A DNA stretch of 64,000 nucleotides from an uncultured Bacteroidia bacterium (GTDB taxonomy: Bacteria > Bacteroidota > Bacteroidia > Bacteroidales > F082), in the NCBI GenBank assembly GCA_902787095.1, contig CADAFC010000001.1, positions 9,537 through 73,536 of the forward strand. Direction: 5' to 3'. Below the pieces are notes generated by a model. It saw nothing but the letters and a program-made list of their open reading frames with translations. It was not told the DNA's origin and searched no databases. The position numbers were made by a program, and so were the translations under genes. Of the stretch, positions 47,214 to 56,676 are shown in pieces. Each line of letters opens with the position of its first letter. Within the stretch, counting starts at the first letter, position 1.

Positions 47214-47611
47214 CAGGCAAATTTTTTGAAAGTGATGAACTTATTCAGTAAAAACTGGCATAAAGCCACTATCACGACTGTAATCAGTTTGGCAATAATA
47301 TAATTCATACCATAACCTGTCGCCATTAAGTAAATTAGCAGCTCGCTCAGCGCCAGACCCATCAGACCAACCAGGTAAAAGACGGTTAAACGATGGGCTA
47401 TGTGGTCCTTGACTTTGAAATTATAATGCCTGTTAAGCAAAAAACTGCATAAAATACCGGTGTGAACACTGATTACATTAGCCCAAAGATATGGCATCCA
47501 CAATCCGAGCAATGTATATAATCCGAAATCCAATGCCGCACAGAATCCGCCGATGATTCCGTATAGTATCAAATCCCTGTAACGACTATATAATTGTTTT
47601 ACTTTGCTCAT
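47213..47611 (-). CDS. GtrA family membrane protein
   Basis: 132 aa with 4 TM helices. It has a GtrA-like pattern (YGIIGGFCAALDFGLY..., LNRHYNFK). Confidence 0.8.
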   Translation of the reverse strand: MSKVKQLYSRYRDLILYGIIGGFCAALDFGLYTLLGLWMPYLWANVISVHTGILCSFLLNRHYNFKVKDHIAHRLTVFYLVGLMGLALSELLIYLMATGYGMNYIIAKLITVVIVALCQFLLNKFITFKKFA

Positions 47612-48732
47612 CAGTTATCAAAACACCTCATCACTTTTTCAATCACCGGTGCCATGTCGTAATACTTATACTCAGCCAACCTCCCTCCAAATATCACGTT
47701 TTCCTCTTGGTCAGCCAAGGCTTTATATTGTTTGTAGCGAGCCTCGTTTTCGTCATCGTTCACCGGATAATACGGCTCCATTCCTGGTTTCCACTCGGTG
47801 CTGTATTCCCTGGTGATGACTGTCTTCGCATTGTCATAAACAGCATCGCCGAACATCTCGAAATGCTTGTGTTCGATAATCCTTGTGTAAGGGACCTCAC
47901 GTTCGGTGTGATTCACCACGGCATTGCCCTGATAATTGGGTTTTTCAATCACTTCTTGCTCAAACGACAAAGACCGCCATGCAAGATGACCGAAACGGTA
48001 TCCGTAATATGCGTCAATCGGACCAGTGTAAACAATCTTCTCGGCCATGTCAGTCAGTTCGGCACCATGCTCAAAGAAATCGCAGTTTACACGGGTCTCT
48101 ACACCTTCGAGCAAGCCTTTAATCAGTTTGTTGTATCCGCCAACGGGAATGCCCTGATAGCTGTCATTGAAATAGTTGTTGTCAAACACAAACCTCAAAG
48201 GCAGCCTCCTGATAATAAATGCCGGCAACTTGGTGCAACTTCTGCCCCATTGTTTCTCTGTATAGCCTTTTATAAGAGTTTCGTAGATGTCACGCCCCAC
48301 CATGCTCAACGCCTGCTCCTCCAGATTGGCAGGCTCACGCCCGTTCAATGCCTCAAGAGCCTCCTTGCGCTGCTCCTCAATCTTAGCCTTTGCCTCATCT
48401 GGAGTTGTCACGCCCCACATCTGATAAAAGGTGTTCATATTAAACGGCAGGTTGTAAAGCTTCCCTTTGTAATTCGCCACCGGACAGTTGGTGTAACGGT
48501 TAAACGGGACTATGCCGTTCACAAAATCCCAAACTTCTTTGTTTGATGTATGGAATATGTGCGCCCCATACTTGTGTACGTTGATTCCTTCAACATTATC
48601 GCAATACACATTACCTCCAAGACACGGCCGCTTGTCGATGACAAGGCATTTCTTGCCCGCTTTTTTTGCAAAATGCGCAAAAGTGGAACCGAAGAGGCCA
48701 GAACCCACTATGACGTAATGGTATCGCTTCAT
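47611..48732 (-). CDS. glf: UDP-galactopyranose mutase
   Basis: 373 aa with an N-terminal FAD motif (YVIVGSGLFGSTFA...LVIDKRPCLGGNVY). Conserved HIFHT and YPVND motifs are present. Confidence 0.93.
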   Translation of the reverse strand: MKRYHYVIVGSGLFGSTFAHFAKKAGKKCLVIDKRPCLGGNVYCDNVEGINVHKYGAHIFHTSNKEVWDFVNGIVPFNRYTNCPVANYKGKLYNLPFNMNTFYQMWGVTTPDEAKAKIEEQRKEALEALNGREPANLEEQALSMVGRDIYETLIKGYTEKQWGRSCTKLPAFIIRRLPLRFVFDNNYFNDSYQGIPVGGYNKLIKGLLEGVETRVNCDFFEHGAELTDMAEKIVYTGPIDAYYGYRFGHLAWRSLSFEQEVIEKPNYQGNAVVNHTEREVPYTRIIEHKHFEMFGDAVYDNAKTVITREYSTEWKPGMEPYYPVNDDENEARYKQYKALADQEENVIFGGRLAEYKYYDMAPVIEKVMRCFDN

Positions 48733-49718
48733 TATGATTTAATCTTAACCAATATTCTATACATCCAAAACGGAAGCAGATGATACAGCCTCGTCCATTC
48801 GGTTTTGATTGAAGGGTTATGGCTCCTCACCCATTTGTCCCAGTTTACGGTATAAGCCTTTGCTTCTTTGTACGGAAACCCGACAAACGACTTATAACCA
48901 TAGTTGTACAGATTTGGCAGTCTGTGTCTAAAATACAAATATTTCGACGAATCTTCCGGTAGCTGATGCCGTTCGACAAACTCTATAAGATATTTCTGTG
49001 ATTTTATTTTTGCCTCGATGTTCTTATTTTGAACATTTGCAGATATGCTCTGCCCTTCTCTGTACATCAGATAATGATACAACGCAAAATCATAAGCCAC
49101 CAATGATCCGGATCCAATTATAGCCGCCGGCTTGAGAATATTGTCATCGTACGGTTGTTTTTCCAAGAAGAGTGGCAGATACTGTCGGAGAACCTCCGTT
49201 TTATACGTGCAGCAATGATGCAACAAGACACCGCTATGGTCGAGGTTGTTCAACCAATCAAAAGCATTGGCATCATACATACGTCCGAAATCCATGTCTT
49301 TGATTTCCAGTCTCCAATCCAAATGCTCATCTTGTTTTACTTTGTAAACATGACATATTGTATGTGTCAATACCAGATCGGCATCACATGTCTCCAACTT
49401 CTCAAGCAGCATATCGAGATTCTCCAGCCAGTCGTCAGAATCCAGAAAACGGGTATATTTGCCTTCAGCTTCTTTCAATCCAAGATTCCACACTGAGCCA
49501 TGACCTCCGTTTTCCTTGTCAATCTGACGAAAAACACCAGGGAAACGCTTCACATACTCACGTGAAATCTCCGCCGAGCGGTCAGGGGTGCCGTCATTGA
49601 CTATCAGCACGTCCATCTTATCCATCAGCTCTGGCGCAATGATGAGCGAGTCAAGGCATTTTTTGATGTATGCTTCAACGTTATAGACCGGGATAACTAT
49701 TGAAAGAAGCTTCTTCAT
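48732..49718 (-). CDS. GT2 family glycosyltransferase
   Basis: 328 aa with LSIVIPVYNVEAYIKKCLDSL, VNDGTPDRS and LDSDD. Confidence 0.85.
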   Translation of the reverse strand: MKKLLSIVIPVYNVEAYIKKCLDSLIIAPELMDKMDVLIVNDGTPDRSAEISREYVKRFPGVFRQIDKENGGHGSVWNLGLKEAEGKYTRFLDSDDWLENLDMLLEKLETCDADLVLTHTICHVYKVKQDEHLDWRLEIKDMDFGRMYDANAFDWLNNLDHSGVLLHHCCTYKTEVLRQYLPLFLEKQPYDDNILKPAAIIGSGSLVAYDFALYHYLMYREGQSISANVQNKNIEAKIKSQKYLIEFVERHQLPEDSSKYLYFRHRLPNLYNYGYKSFVGFPYKEAKAYTVNWDKWVRSHNPSIKTEWTRLYHLLPFWMYRILVKIKS

Positions 49719-50644
49719 AAGCTTAACACTTTTGACCCTTGACCATGATTAATAGCACTATCTTTCCCGTAAGACTCAAAAAACTGTTTGTATGGTACAT
49801 CAGGTTCAAATTCATAATAATCATGAGTGGATTTATCATCCGGAATACGCATATAGTCTCCATACTGTTTTCTCAGCACGGCGTCATAACACTTTGGCGC
49901 GCACAGGCTGAGGTCTTCGAAGGCAAGCTGCACCGAATCATCCCACCAGCTTTTGTCCCAGACAATCTTCTCAATATACCCGTGTTCAAGTGTGCCCACT
50001 TCTTTACATCCTTTTCCGGCAAATTTACCAGCATTCTTGTTAAACAACACGAGCAATTCTGCCGCATTCGGACTATGATACACAAAACGATATACAAAGT
50101 GCTGCAAGCTGTGCTTTATCTTAGCCGTCACACCACCCTTCAACTTCTTGCCAAAACAAAAACGCTGCATTTTTAATATCTCAGTCAACTTAAAGACAAA
50201 CAACCTCCTGAGCAATCTGTTGTCGGGCAATTCATCAAGACAAAATATATCTATAAAAACACCGCAATTTATACCTTCTTCGTATTCATATTTGGATGCG
50301 GCTGTCGACAGATTGTGACGTATTTTCGTATAGGCGGAAAAATACCGGCCGTTTTCCGTAATTGGTGTCTGAAAGAAATATGGCGCCCTAAATGCATCTT
50401 TTCCAATCTCCTGTAATTTGTTGTAATCCTTCCTTGGCATCAGTATATCGATGTCATTATCCCATGGAATATATCCTTTATGGCGCACCGCACCCAATAG
50501 CGTACCTCCTGTGATGCGATATTCCAACCCATATTTGGCACACACTTCAACAAACTTCTTAACTAAATCCAGTTCTATCGCCCAGATTTTTTTCATCTTG
50601 GCTGAAACAAGATATCCGTCTCTTATTTCTTCCTGAATGTTCAT
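49715..50644 (-). CDS. LicD family phosphotransferase (phosphocholine/ribitol-phosphate transferase family)
   Basis: 309 aa with GTLLGAVRHKGYIPWDNDIDILMPRKDY, the LicD signature. Confidence 0.85.
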   Translation of the reverse strand: MNIQEEIRDGYLVSAKMKKIWAIELDLVKKFVEVCAKYGLEYRITGGTLLGAVRHKGYIPWDNDIDILMPRKDYNKLQEIGKDAFRAPYFFQTPITENGRYFSAYTKIRHNLSTAASKYEYEEGINCGVFIDIFCLDELPDNRLLRRLFVFKLTEILKMQRFCFGKKLKGGVTAKIKHSLQHFVYRFVYHSPNAAELLVLFNKNAGKFAGKGCKEVGTLEHGYIEKIVWDKSWWDDSVQLAFEDLSLCAPKCYDAVLRKQYGDYMRIPDDKSTHDYYEFEPDVPYKQFFESYGKDSAINHGQGSKVLSL

Positions 50645-51666
50645 CTCAATATTTCTATTGTCCTTTCAATGGCATCCTTAATGCCATATTTTGGAACAAA
50701 TCCAAGAGATTTCAAAAAACCATTGTCCAATACCGCATTCTTTGCAATACTATAACCTCTCGATTCATCTTCAACCGGCAACTCAAAAACCACTTTTTTG
50801 TTAACGCATGTGGCGCATATTTCCGCAAAATCTTTTAACTGGACATCACACAATTCATTGGAAATGTTATATATACCCCCAATCTTGCCATGAAGCATGA
50901 CATTCAACAACATGGCAACCGCATCAGAGACATAAATATATGAAAACAGCTGATCGCCTTTACTCTTGAGCACGATGTCTTCACCAGCAACCGCTTTCCT
51001 GACAAACTGTGATGAAGCTTTTGTATCGGACTCCAGCATCGTAGGACCGAACACACGCGAAAGACGTGCTATCTTCACCTGCACGCCATACTCTGAAAAA
51101 TATGACTGGCATAAAGCCTCTCCGACGCGTTTTGACTCCGTATAACATGATCGTGCTGTCGACAAATCCAACTCTCCAGTGTCATTTTCCCTAAAAGGTT
51201 TATTATCCCTTGAATTGCCATATATCTCCACCGTTGAAGGGAATAGGACCATACCCCCATTATTCTTCGCCAAATTCAAGGCGTTTGTCAGTCCCATGAC
51301 ATTGATTTGAACTGTCTCAACAGGAAAACGGGAATATGCCAAAGGATGGGTGTTGCTCGCAAGAGGAATGATATAATCTGCCTCTATATCATCAGGAAAC
51401 TGCTGGCAGACATCCTGTTCGATAAAAACAAATTCTGAGCGGCCAAAATACTCTCCCAGTCTTGTCGAAGCTTTTTCTTTATTTCTGCCTACAGCATAAA
51501 CTTTAACCCCTCCCAAAAGCATCAACGCATCAATAAGATGAACTCCTATCAACCCTGTGGCTCCTGTAACAAGAACGATTTTACCCTTTAAAAAGTCTAT
51601 TCCCGGTACAGAGAGTACATTTTGGATATCCTCCTGATATAGAGGATGTCGTTTGTTTAGCCTCAT
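50641..51666 (-). CDS. NAD(P)-dependent SDR (epimerase/dehydratase/reductase family); candidate ribulose-5-P reductase partner of the cytidylyltransferase
   Basis: 341 aa with the Rossmann motif VTGATGLIG and a Y-x3-K motif (YTESK). It is adjacent to an IspD/TarI-like gene. Confidence 0.75.
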   Translation of the reverse strand: MRLNKRHPLYQEDIQNVLSVPGIDFLKGKIVLVTGATGLIGVHLIDALMLLGGVKVYAVGRNKEKASTRLGEYFGRSEFVFIEQDVCQQFPDDIEADYIIPLASNTHPLAYSRFPVETVQINVMGLTNALNLAKNNGGMVLFPSTVEIYGNSRDNKPFRENDTGELDLSTARSCYTESKRVGEALCQSYFSEYGVQVKIARLSRVFGPTMLESDTKASSQFVRKAVAGEDIVLKSKGDQLFSYIYVSDAVAMLLNVMLHGKIGGIYNISNELCDVQLKDFAEICATCVNKKVVFELPVEDESRGYSIAKNAVLDNGFLKSLGFVPKYGIKDAIERTIEILR

Positions 51667-51679
51667 AATTGATACTTCA

Positions 51680-52402
51680 TTACTTTAGCCAAGTATCGTT
51701 TCTCTTCTGCAAATACCCTTTAAACAATTCAAGATCGTCTTTGGTGGTAAGTTTGATATTCTTATCGGAGCCTGCTGCAAAATGCAACCTGACACCGAGC
51801 TCCACCATCATCGTATTTGTATAGGAAGATTTATAAATCCCTATTTTTCTTTCAAATGCCTCATGATACTTTTCATCCAACAAATCGAATCTATAAGCTT
51901 GAGGTGTAGACACCCTTCTCAAAGTCTCTCGAGGGATGTATTGCGTGGTTGTGTTCTCGTCATCCTTACTCACAACAAATATCTGCTCATTATAAGGCAT
52001 GGATGTGATGGCATTCCCATATTCTTGCGCTTTCTCTATCACGTCTGTCAACACATAAGAATCTATCAGCGGACGAATTCCATCATGAATGATGACAACA
52101 TCCTCTTTCCCCACTTTCCCTTCCAGATTATAGACACCGTTTCTTATGGATTCCTGTCCGGTATTGCCACCTGTGACAATCCATCTCAACTTGTCAATAT
52201 TGTATTGTTTTGCGTATGCCCATACCATGGATTTCCAGCCCTCAAGGCAAACGACTTCTATTGCATCAACCATAGAATGGTGTTGGAAGCCCTCTAAAGT
52301 GTAAATCAAAATGGGCTTGTCCATAACACTGATAAACTGTTTGGGGATATCTTGTCCCATCCTCTGCCCCGAACCGGCGGCTATAATGATTGCCACATTC
52401 AT
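51680..52402 (-). CDS. IspD/TarI family cytidylyltransferase (candidate D-ribitol-5-phosphate cytidylyltransferase)
   Basis: 240 aa beginning VAIIIAAGSGQRMG, with IHDGIRP. Confidence 0.85.
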   Translation of the reverse strand: MNVAIIIAAGSGQRMGQDIPKQFISVMDKPILIYTLEGFQHHSMVDAIEVVCLEGWKSMVWAYAKQYNIDKLRWIVTGGNTGQESIRNGVYNLEGKVGKEDVVIIHDGIRPLIDSYVLTDVIEKAQEYGNAITSMPYNEQIFVVSKDDENTTTQYIPRETLRRVSTPQAYRFDLLDEKYHEAFERKIGIYKSSYTNTMMVELGVRLHFAAGSDKNIKLTTKDDLELFKGYLQKRNDTWLK

Positions 52403-52406
52403 ATTT

Positions 52407-53447
52407 TTATAGTTTTATAACACTTACCCTTTTGAATTCTTCAACCAAAACAGCCTGTTGTTCGATCAACTTATAGTTTTCACGTCGGGCATTATCATCT
52501 TTCACACTCTTCTCAAAACATAAAATGGATTTCAAGAACGCATCGTCCTCAGGGAGTTCCCGTGTCTCAAATTCCTGATTCTTTTTCATAATACAAGACG
52601 GCACGAAACCTGCCGGTGCTGTCATGACACGAGTGGCTGTCAATGTACCTTTACTGCCCCATATCTCCAATTCGCATTTATAGTCATTGTCCATGCCAAA
52701 AGCCAACTGTGCGACAACTCCGGTTTCATTTGCCATTGTTGCGGAGCCATATATATCAACTTCAAAACCCGGTATATAATTAGTTGTTGCCGCCACCATT
52801 TTACAATTTGGGCCAAGCAGTGTTGACGCCATTTTTATTGTGTATCCGCCCGCATCAAGCAATGCACCGCCACCCATGTTTTTTTTATAACGGAAATCAT
52901 CCTTATCACGCCTTGGAAAGCCAAATGAAATTCGATACAACCGCACATCTCCTATCTCTCCGCTACGTAAGATTTCATTTATGGTCTCCATTTGGTTATG
53001 ATATACAAACATATAGTCCTCATGGAGTGCAAGATTATTTTTTTCAGCTATATCCAATAATAGTTTCGTCTCTCTTAAGTCGGTGGCAAAAGGCTTCTCC
53101 AGCAAAACATGTTTCCCGTTCAACAAAGCCTTTTCAGCCCATTTGAAGTGCATTGCAGGCGGCAGCGGAATGTATATGGCATCGACTTCGGCTGAACGAA
53201 TCATGGTCTCATAACCATAAAATATCTTGCCCGAATAAGTGTTCACGAACCTTTCTGCCTTCTCTTTTTCATGATTTTGGATATTATCAATGGTTTTTTT
53301 ATCAATATTACCCAATTCATCACAGAACCATTCTTCAGGTGATGCCACAGCTATACCGACATATTGAAAGCCCGTCGCCTTTTTTAGAGATGGAAGGAAT
53401 CGGCGAAACGCTATATCAGAAGGACATAAAACACCTATTCTTATCAT
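52407..53447 (-). CDS. Gfo/Idh/MocA family oxidoreductase (candidate NDP-3-keto-sugar reductase, KijD10-like)
   Basis: 346 aa with an N-terminal Rossmann fold (IRIGVLCPSDIAFRRF) and an EKP motif (LLEKPFA). It is translationally coupled to the 2,3-dehydratase gene. Confidence 0.8.
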   Translation of the reverse strand: MIRIGVLCPSDIAFRRFLPSLKKATGFQYVGIAVASPEEWFCDELGNIDKKTIDNIQNHEKEKAERFVNTYSGKIFYGYETMIRSAEVDAIYIPLPPAMHFKWAEKALLNGKHVLLEKPFATDLRETKLLLDIAEKNNLALHEDYMFVYHNQMETINEILRSGEIGDVRLYRISFGFPRRDKDDFRYKKNMGGGALLDAGGYTIKMASTLLGPNCKMVAATTNYIPGFEVDIYGSATMANETGVVAQLAFGMDNDYKCELEIWGSKGTLTATRVMTAPAGFVPSCIMKKNQEFETRELPEDDAFLKSILCFEKSVKDDNARRENYKLIEQQAVLVEEFKRVSVIKL

Positions 53448-54838
53448 AATCGTGCTTCCCTGAAGGTGATGGCAGAAATCAGACTGCGCGCCGCACTGTT
53501 CAGATAATTGTTATACGTAGCAAACAAAAGTATCTGACTGAGAGTCATCCAACAGTAGTTTTCTTCCACTTCAATGGAGAAATCTTCTTTCACTTCAACA
53601 ATGACATTAAGATTCTGTTCTTGGAAAAAACGACCGCCTTCTTCACTTTGATAACAGCTATACCAGATATTTTCTTTCGGTGCGTTTAATATAGTATCCA
53701 AATACGGGACCACATATTCATTTTTCCCGACACGATAATTTCCGGTAAGACATTGAACCGTCGGTGCCATTTCAATAATGTCGAAATTACCAGCCTCAAG
53801 CTTCGCTTGAACAAGAAAGTGATAAACGCCATTTATTTTTTTCACCAGAAATCCCATTATACCTTCCTGTAAAGAGTGAATCATCGGCTGATCCCAACAC
53901 GGCACCTCCCGATTACTTATCTCAGACCTAACGCCAATCACTTCAAAAAACTTGTTATCTTCATGGTGGAGAGTATCGCCATCGAAAACCCAATGGTTCA
54001 TATTTGATATCCCAATGGAAGTAACAAGCAGTTCATATCTGCACTTAAGTGAAGACATCCAATGAATTATATCATCAAGTGTGTGCAGATTGTTCTGTGT
54101 GCTCAGTAAAGATTGAAACTCTTTTTGGGGATAATCGCCATACTTTATACAAGATATAACAGATCGGCTGTCCATATTTATCACATTAGGGTATCGTAGC
54201 AGTTCCTTAATCTGGCCAAGCGATAACCATATATAATTGTCCTGTATCTCTATCTGCTCATTCTCGCCTATTTCCACTATGACATTCCGATTGCGTTTCC
54301 TGAGAAAACGCGCTCCCTGCTCCGACTGCAGTTGATCCAAAAGAACCGTCACGTTCTTTTCCCCGGTAAAATACTCCAAATAAGACGGCTTTTTACCACC
54401 ATGAATCCGCAAATAATTGCTGCGGGTTGCTTGTATTGTGGGTGACAGCTGGACAACATTTATATTGCCTGGTTCAATTTTGGCTTGTACCAGGAAATGC
54501 AGCACACCGTCGATTTTCTTAGTTAAAAAGCCCAGCAAACCTATTTCCGGCTGGTTTATAATCGGCTGATCCCATTCCGGTTTTAGTCCGTAGTTCGTTG
54601 CGACACGAATGCCATCGATGCTGAAGAACTTCCCGGAATCATGTCTGATTCGGTCATCGCCAAACTTCCAACCATTCAGCTCACTAATAGGGATTCTGTA
54701 TGATTTCGAATATACTTCTTTTCGCTGTTTTTCAATCCACTTCAGTGTGTCTGCTGTACTGATAAAAGCTCCCTGACTCATCGCTGAGATCAGAAAATCA
54801 AGCTGCTTATTATCAGTATTTCCAATATTCATAACCAT
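53444..54838 (-). CDS. NDP-hexose 2,3-dehydratase (EvaA family, duplicated Nudix-like domains)
   Basis: 464 aa built from two internal homologous halves. Each carries the family pattern (WDQPIINQPEIGLLGFLTKKIDGVLHFLVQAKIEPGN...LSPTIQATRSNY and CWDQPMIHSLQEGIMGFLVKKINGVYHFLVQAKLEAGN...MAPTVQCLTGNY). Confidence 0.88.
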   Translation of the reverse strand: MVMNIGNTDNKQLDFLISAMSQGAFISTADTLKWIEKQRKEVYSKSYRIPISELNGWKFGDDRIRHDSGKFFSIDGIRVATNYGLKPEWDQPIINQPEIGLLGFLTKKIDGVLHFLVQAKIEPGNINVVQLSPTIQATRSNYLRIHGGKKPSYLEYFTGEKNVTVLLDQLQSEQGARFLRKRNRNVIVEIGENEQIEIQDNYIWLSLGQIKELLRYPNVINMDSRSVISCIKYGDYPQKEFQSLLSTQNNLHTLDDIIHWMSSLKCRYELLVTSIGISNMNHWVFDGDTLHHEDNKFFEVIGVRSEISNREVPCWDQPMIHSLQEGIMGFLVKKINGVYHFLVQAKLEAGNFDIIEMAPTVQCLTGNYRVGKNEYVVPYLDTILNAPKENIWYSCYQSEEGGRFFQEQNLNVIVEVKEDFSIEVEENYCWMTLSQILLFATYNNYLNSAARSLISAITFREARL

Positions 54839-54844
54839 TGGGAT

Positions 54845-55732
54845 TCAAATATTTTCAGCAAAAGCATCAAAGTGCTTATATGTAATATCTCCAAGCAACT
54901 GCTTTATTTTTGTGTCATCAAAATAAGTATGACCACTCTCTATACATAAATCACGTTCAGGCCATGGCACATTAGTCACTTTCACTCCGAACCTGTCAAC
55001 AATTTTTTGAGCGGCCTCACGTATGGTCAGCACTTCTCCCCCGATGTTATATATACCACCAACACTTTCCGATTTCATCGACCCTTCCACCATCTGATAG
55101 CATAAATCATCAATATGTGTAAACGTTCGCTTTTGTGAGCCATCGCCATATAATGTGATATCACTGCCAGATGACGCCTTCTTCAAAAAAGCGCCGACTG
55201 TTCCGTATGAATACTTTGTGGAAATGTTATTACCATAAGGAACACATATCCTAAAGATTGTAAAAGGGATGTTAAAACTATTGTAATATGCTTTCAGATA
55301 TCCTTCGCAAGCCAGTTTGTTAACGGCATAAATGGTTTTTGTCTCTTTTTCATCGTCTTCAGTCAAAGCTTTGTCAACACCTTTATAAACCAACCGTGTT
55401 GATGGGAACACAACCCTCGGACGATATGGGGATTCTTTGATGGCATCAAGAAGATTGAGCAAACCGGTTTCATTTACGGCGACATATTTCTCATACGCAT
55501 CAAATCCGGCAAGTGTCCCCGATAATCCGGCAAGCATAAAAACCATGTCAACATCCAAATCAATAACACCAACCGTTTCCTTCTTCGTAACATCAACATA
55601 ATGGGACATGTCGTGCGATAAACCATAGCAGTCTGCCTGTATTGAATAATGGTCTTGCAGGTATTTCACCAGATTCTGTCCGATATACCCGTCAGCACCC
55701 AAAACCGCTATGCGTTTACCTGAATCCATCAT
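54845..55732 (-). CDS. NAD(P)-dependent SDR (candidate NDP-4-keto-sugar reductase)
   Basis: 295 aa with the Rossmann motif VLGADGYIG and a Y-x3-K motif (YAVNK). Confidence 0.75.
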   Translation of the reverse strand: MMDSGKRIAVLGADGYIGQNLVKYLQDHYSIQADCYGLSHDMSHYVDVTKKETVGVIDLDVDMVFMLAGLSGTLAGFDAYEKYVAVNETGLLNLLDAIKESPYRPRVVFPSTRLVYKGVDKALTEDDEKETKTIYAVNKLACEGYLKAYYNSFNIPFTIFRICVPYGNNISTKYSYGTVGAFLKKASSGSDITLYGDGSQKRTFTHIDDLCYQMVEGSMKSESVGGIYNIGGEVLTIREAAQKIVDRFGVKVTNVPWPERDLCIESGHTYFDDTKIKQLLGDITYKHFDAFAENI

Positions 55733-56676
55733 GCTTTATTGATAGTGTTGAATTCCAAATCAGGTTTCATTATTCCCAAAGGCCATAAAACATACCGTTT
55801 TATTATCCAATTAATGGATTTGTTTTTGGGAGCGGAAGGCAATTTATGTGACCAAGGGGATATTCTCTTGTATGATTTCCATTCTTCAGAGAAAGGCAAA
55901 TGATAATACACTACAGACCACGGTTTTATCATAAACCCATAATGTATTATTAGTGGAGAGTTGGAAAGCTTTATTATTTCTTTTTGTACATCAGGAGACT
56001 GGCAATTATAAACTATATCCCTCAAATATGTTATCAGATAATTGTACTTTATGGAAACGAACCTTTTCTCATCCCATAGTACGGCATTTAACACATCCTG
56101 ATCACAAATTATCAGCTTGTCATAATTGTTCTTAATATATGTCAGGCAACGTTGTCCCACATTGTTTAGCCGCCAATAGTCAAGGTTTATTAGCAACATT
56201 CCCCCGTTAAAATAGCCCGCTTTTTCCGGATACTCCAATCTATACTGCCCTCTCTCGCGACTGATGCAGTAATCCTGCACCACCGCCAGAGCTTGCCCTG
56301 TGATATCGATATTCCATAATTCAGCCAAATCTCCAGTAACAATCATATCCCCATCCAAATACAAAACCTTATCAATCGATTCAGGCAATAAATCACCGGC
56401 AAAGACTTTGTAAAAAGTAGCGACAGACCATCTGTTCGGTAATAACAGTTCCTTAATGTCATTAATATCAACATTGACAAACTCTATACTGTTGCCATAT
56501 TTGGTTTCTAATTTGTGAAACTTTCTCTGATTACGTTTACTTAGCGGCTTCCCGATTAAAATGTATACATTAAATGAATGACTTTTGTTATTTTCAAAAA
56601 CAGACGTCAGCATGACTCCGCAATATGGAGCATAATTGTCATCAGTAACACTGAAAATATTTATTGTATCACTCAT
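55729..56676 (-). CDS. GT8 family glycosyltransferase
   Basis: 315 aa with INIFSVTDDNYAPYCGVMLTSV, YLDGDMIV (DXD) and GYFNGGMLLINL. Confidence 0.85.
   Translation of the reverse strand: MSDTINIFSVTDDNYAPYCGVMLTSVFENNKSHSFNVYILIGKPLSKRNQRKFHKLETKYGNSIEFVNVDINDIKELLLPNRWSVATFYKVFAGDLLPESIDKVLYLDGDMIVTGDLAELWNIDITGQALAVVQDYCISRERGQYRLEYPEKAGYFNGGMLLINLDYWRLNNVGQRCLTYIKNNYDKLIICDQDVLNAVLWDEKRFVSIKYNYLITYLRDIVYNCQSPDVQKEIIKLSNSPLIIHYGFMIKPWSVVYYHLPFSEEWKSYKRISPWSHKLPSAPKNKSINWIIKRYVLWPLGIMKPDLEFNTINKA

Noticed and set aside
47707-48546. 279-aa plus-strand ORF
   Set aside because: It is antisense to glf, whose identity is very secure. It has no motifs and no independent start context.
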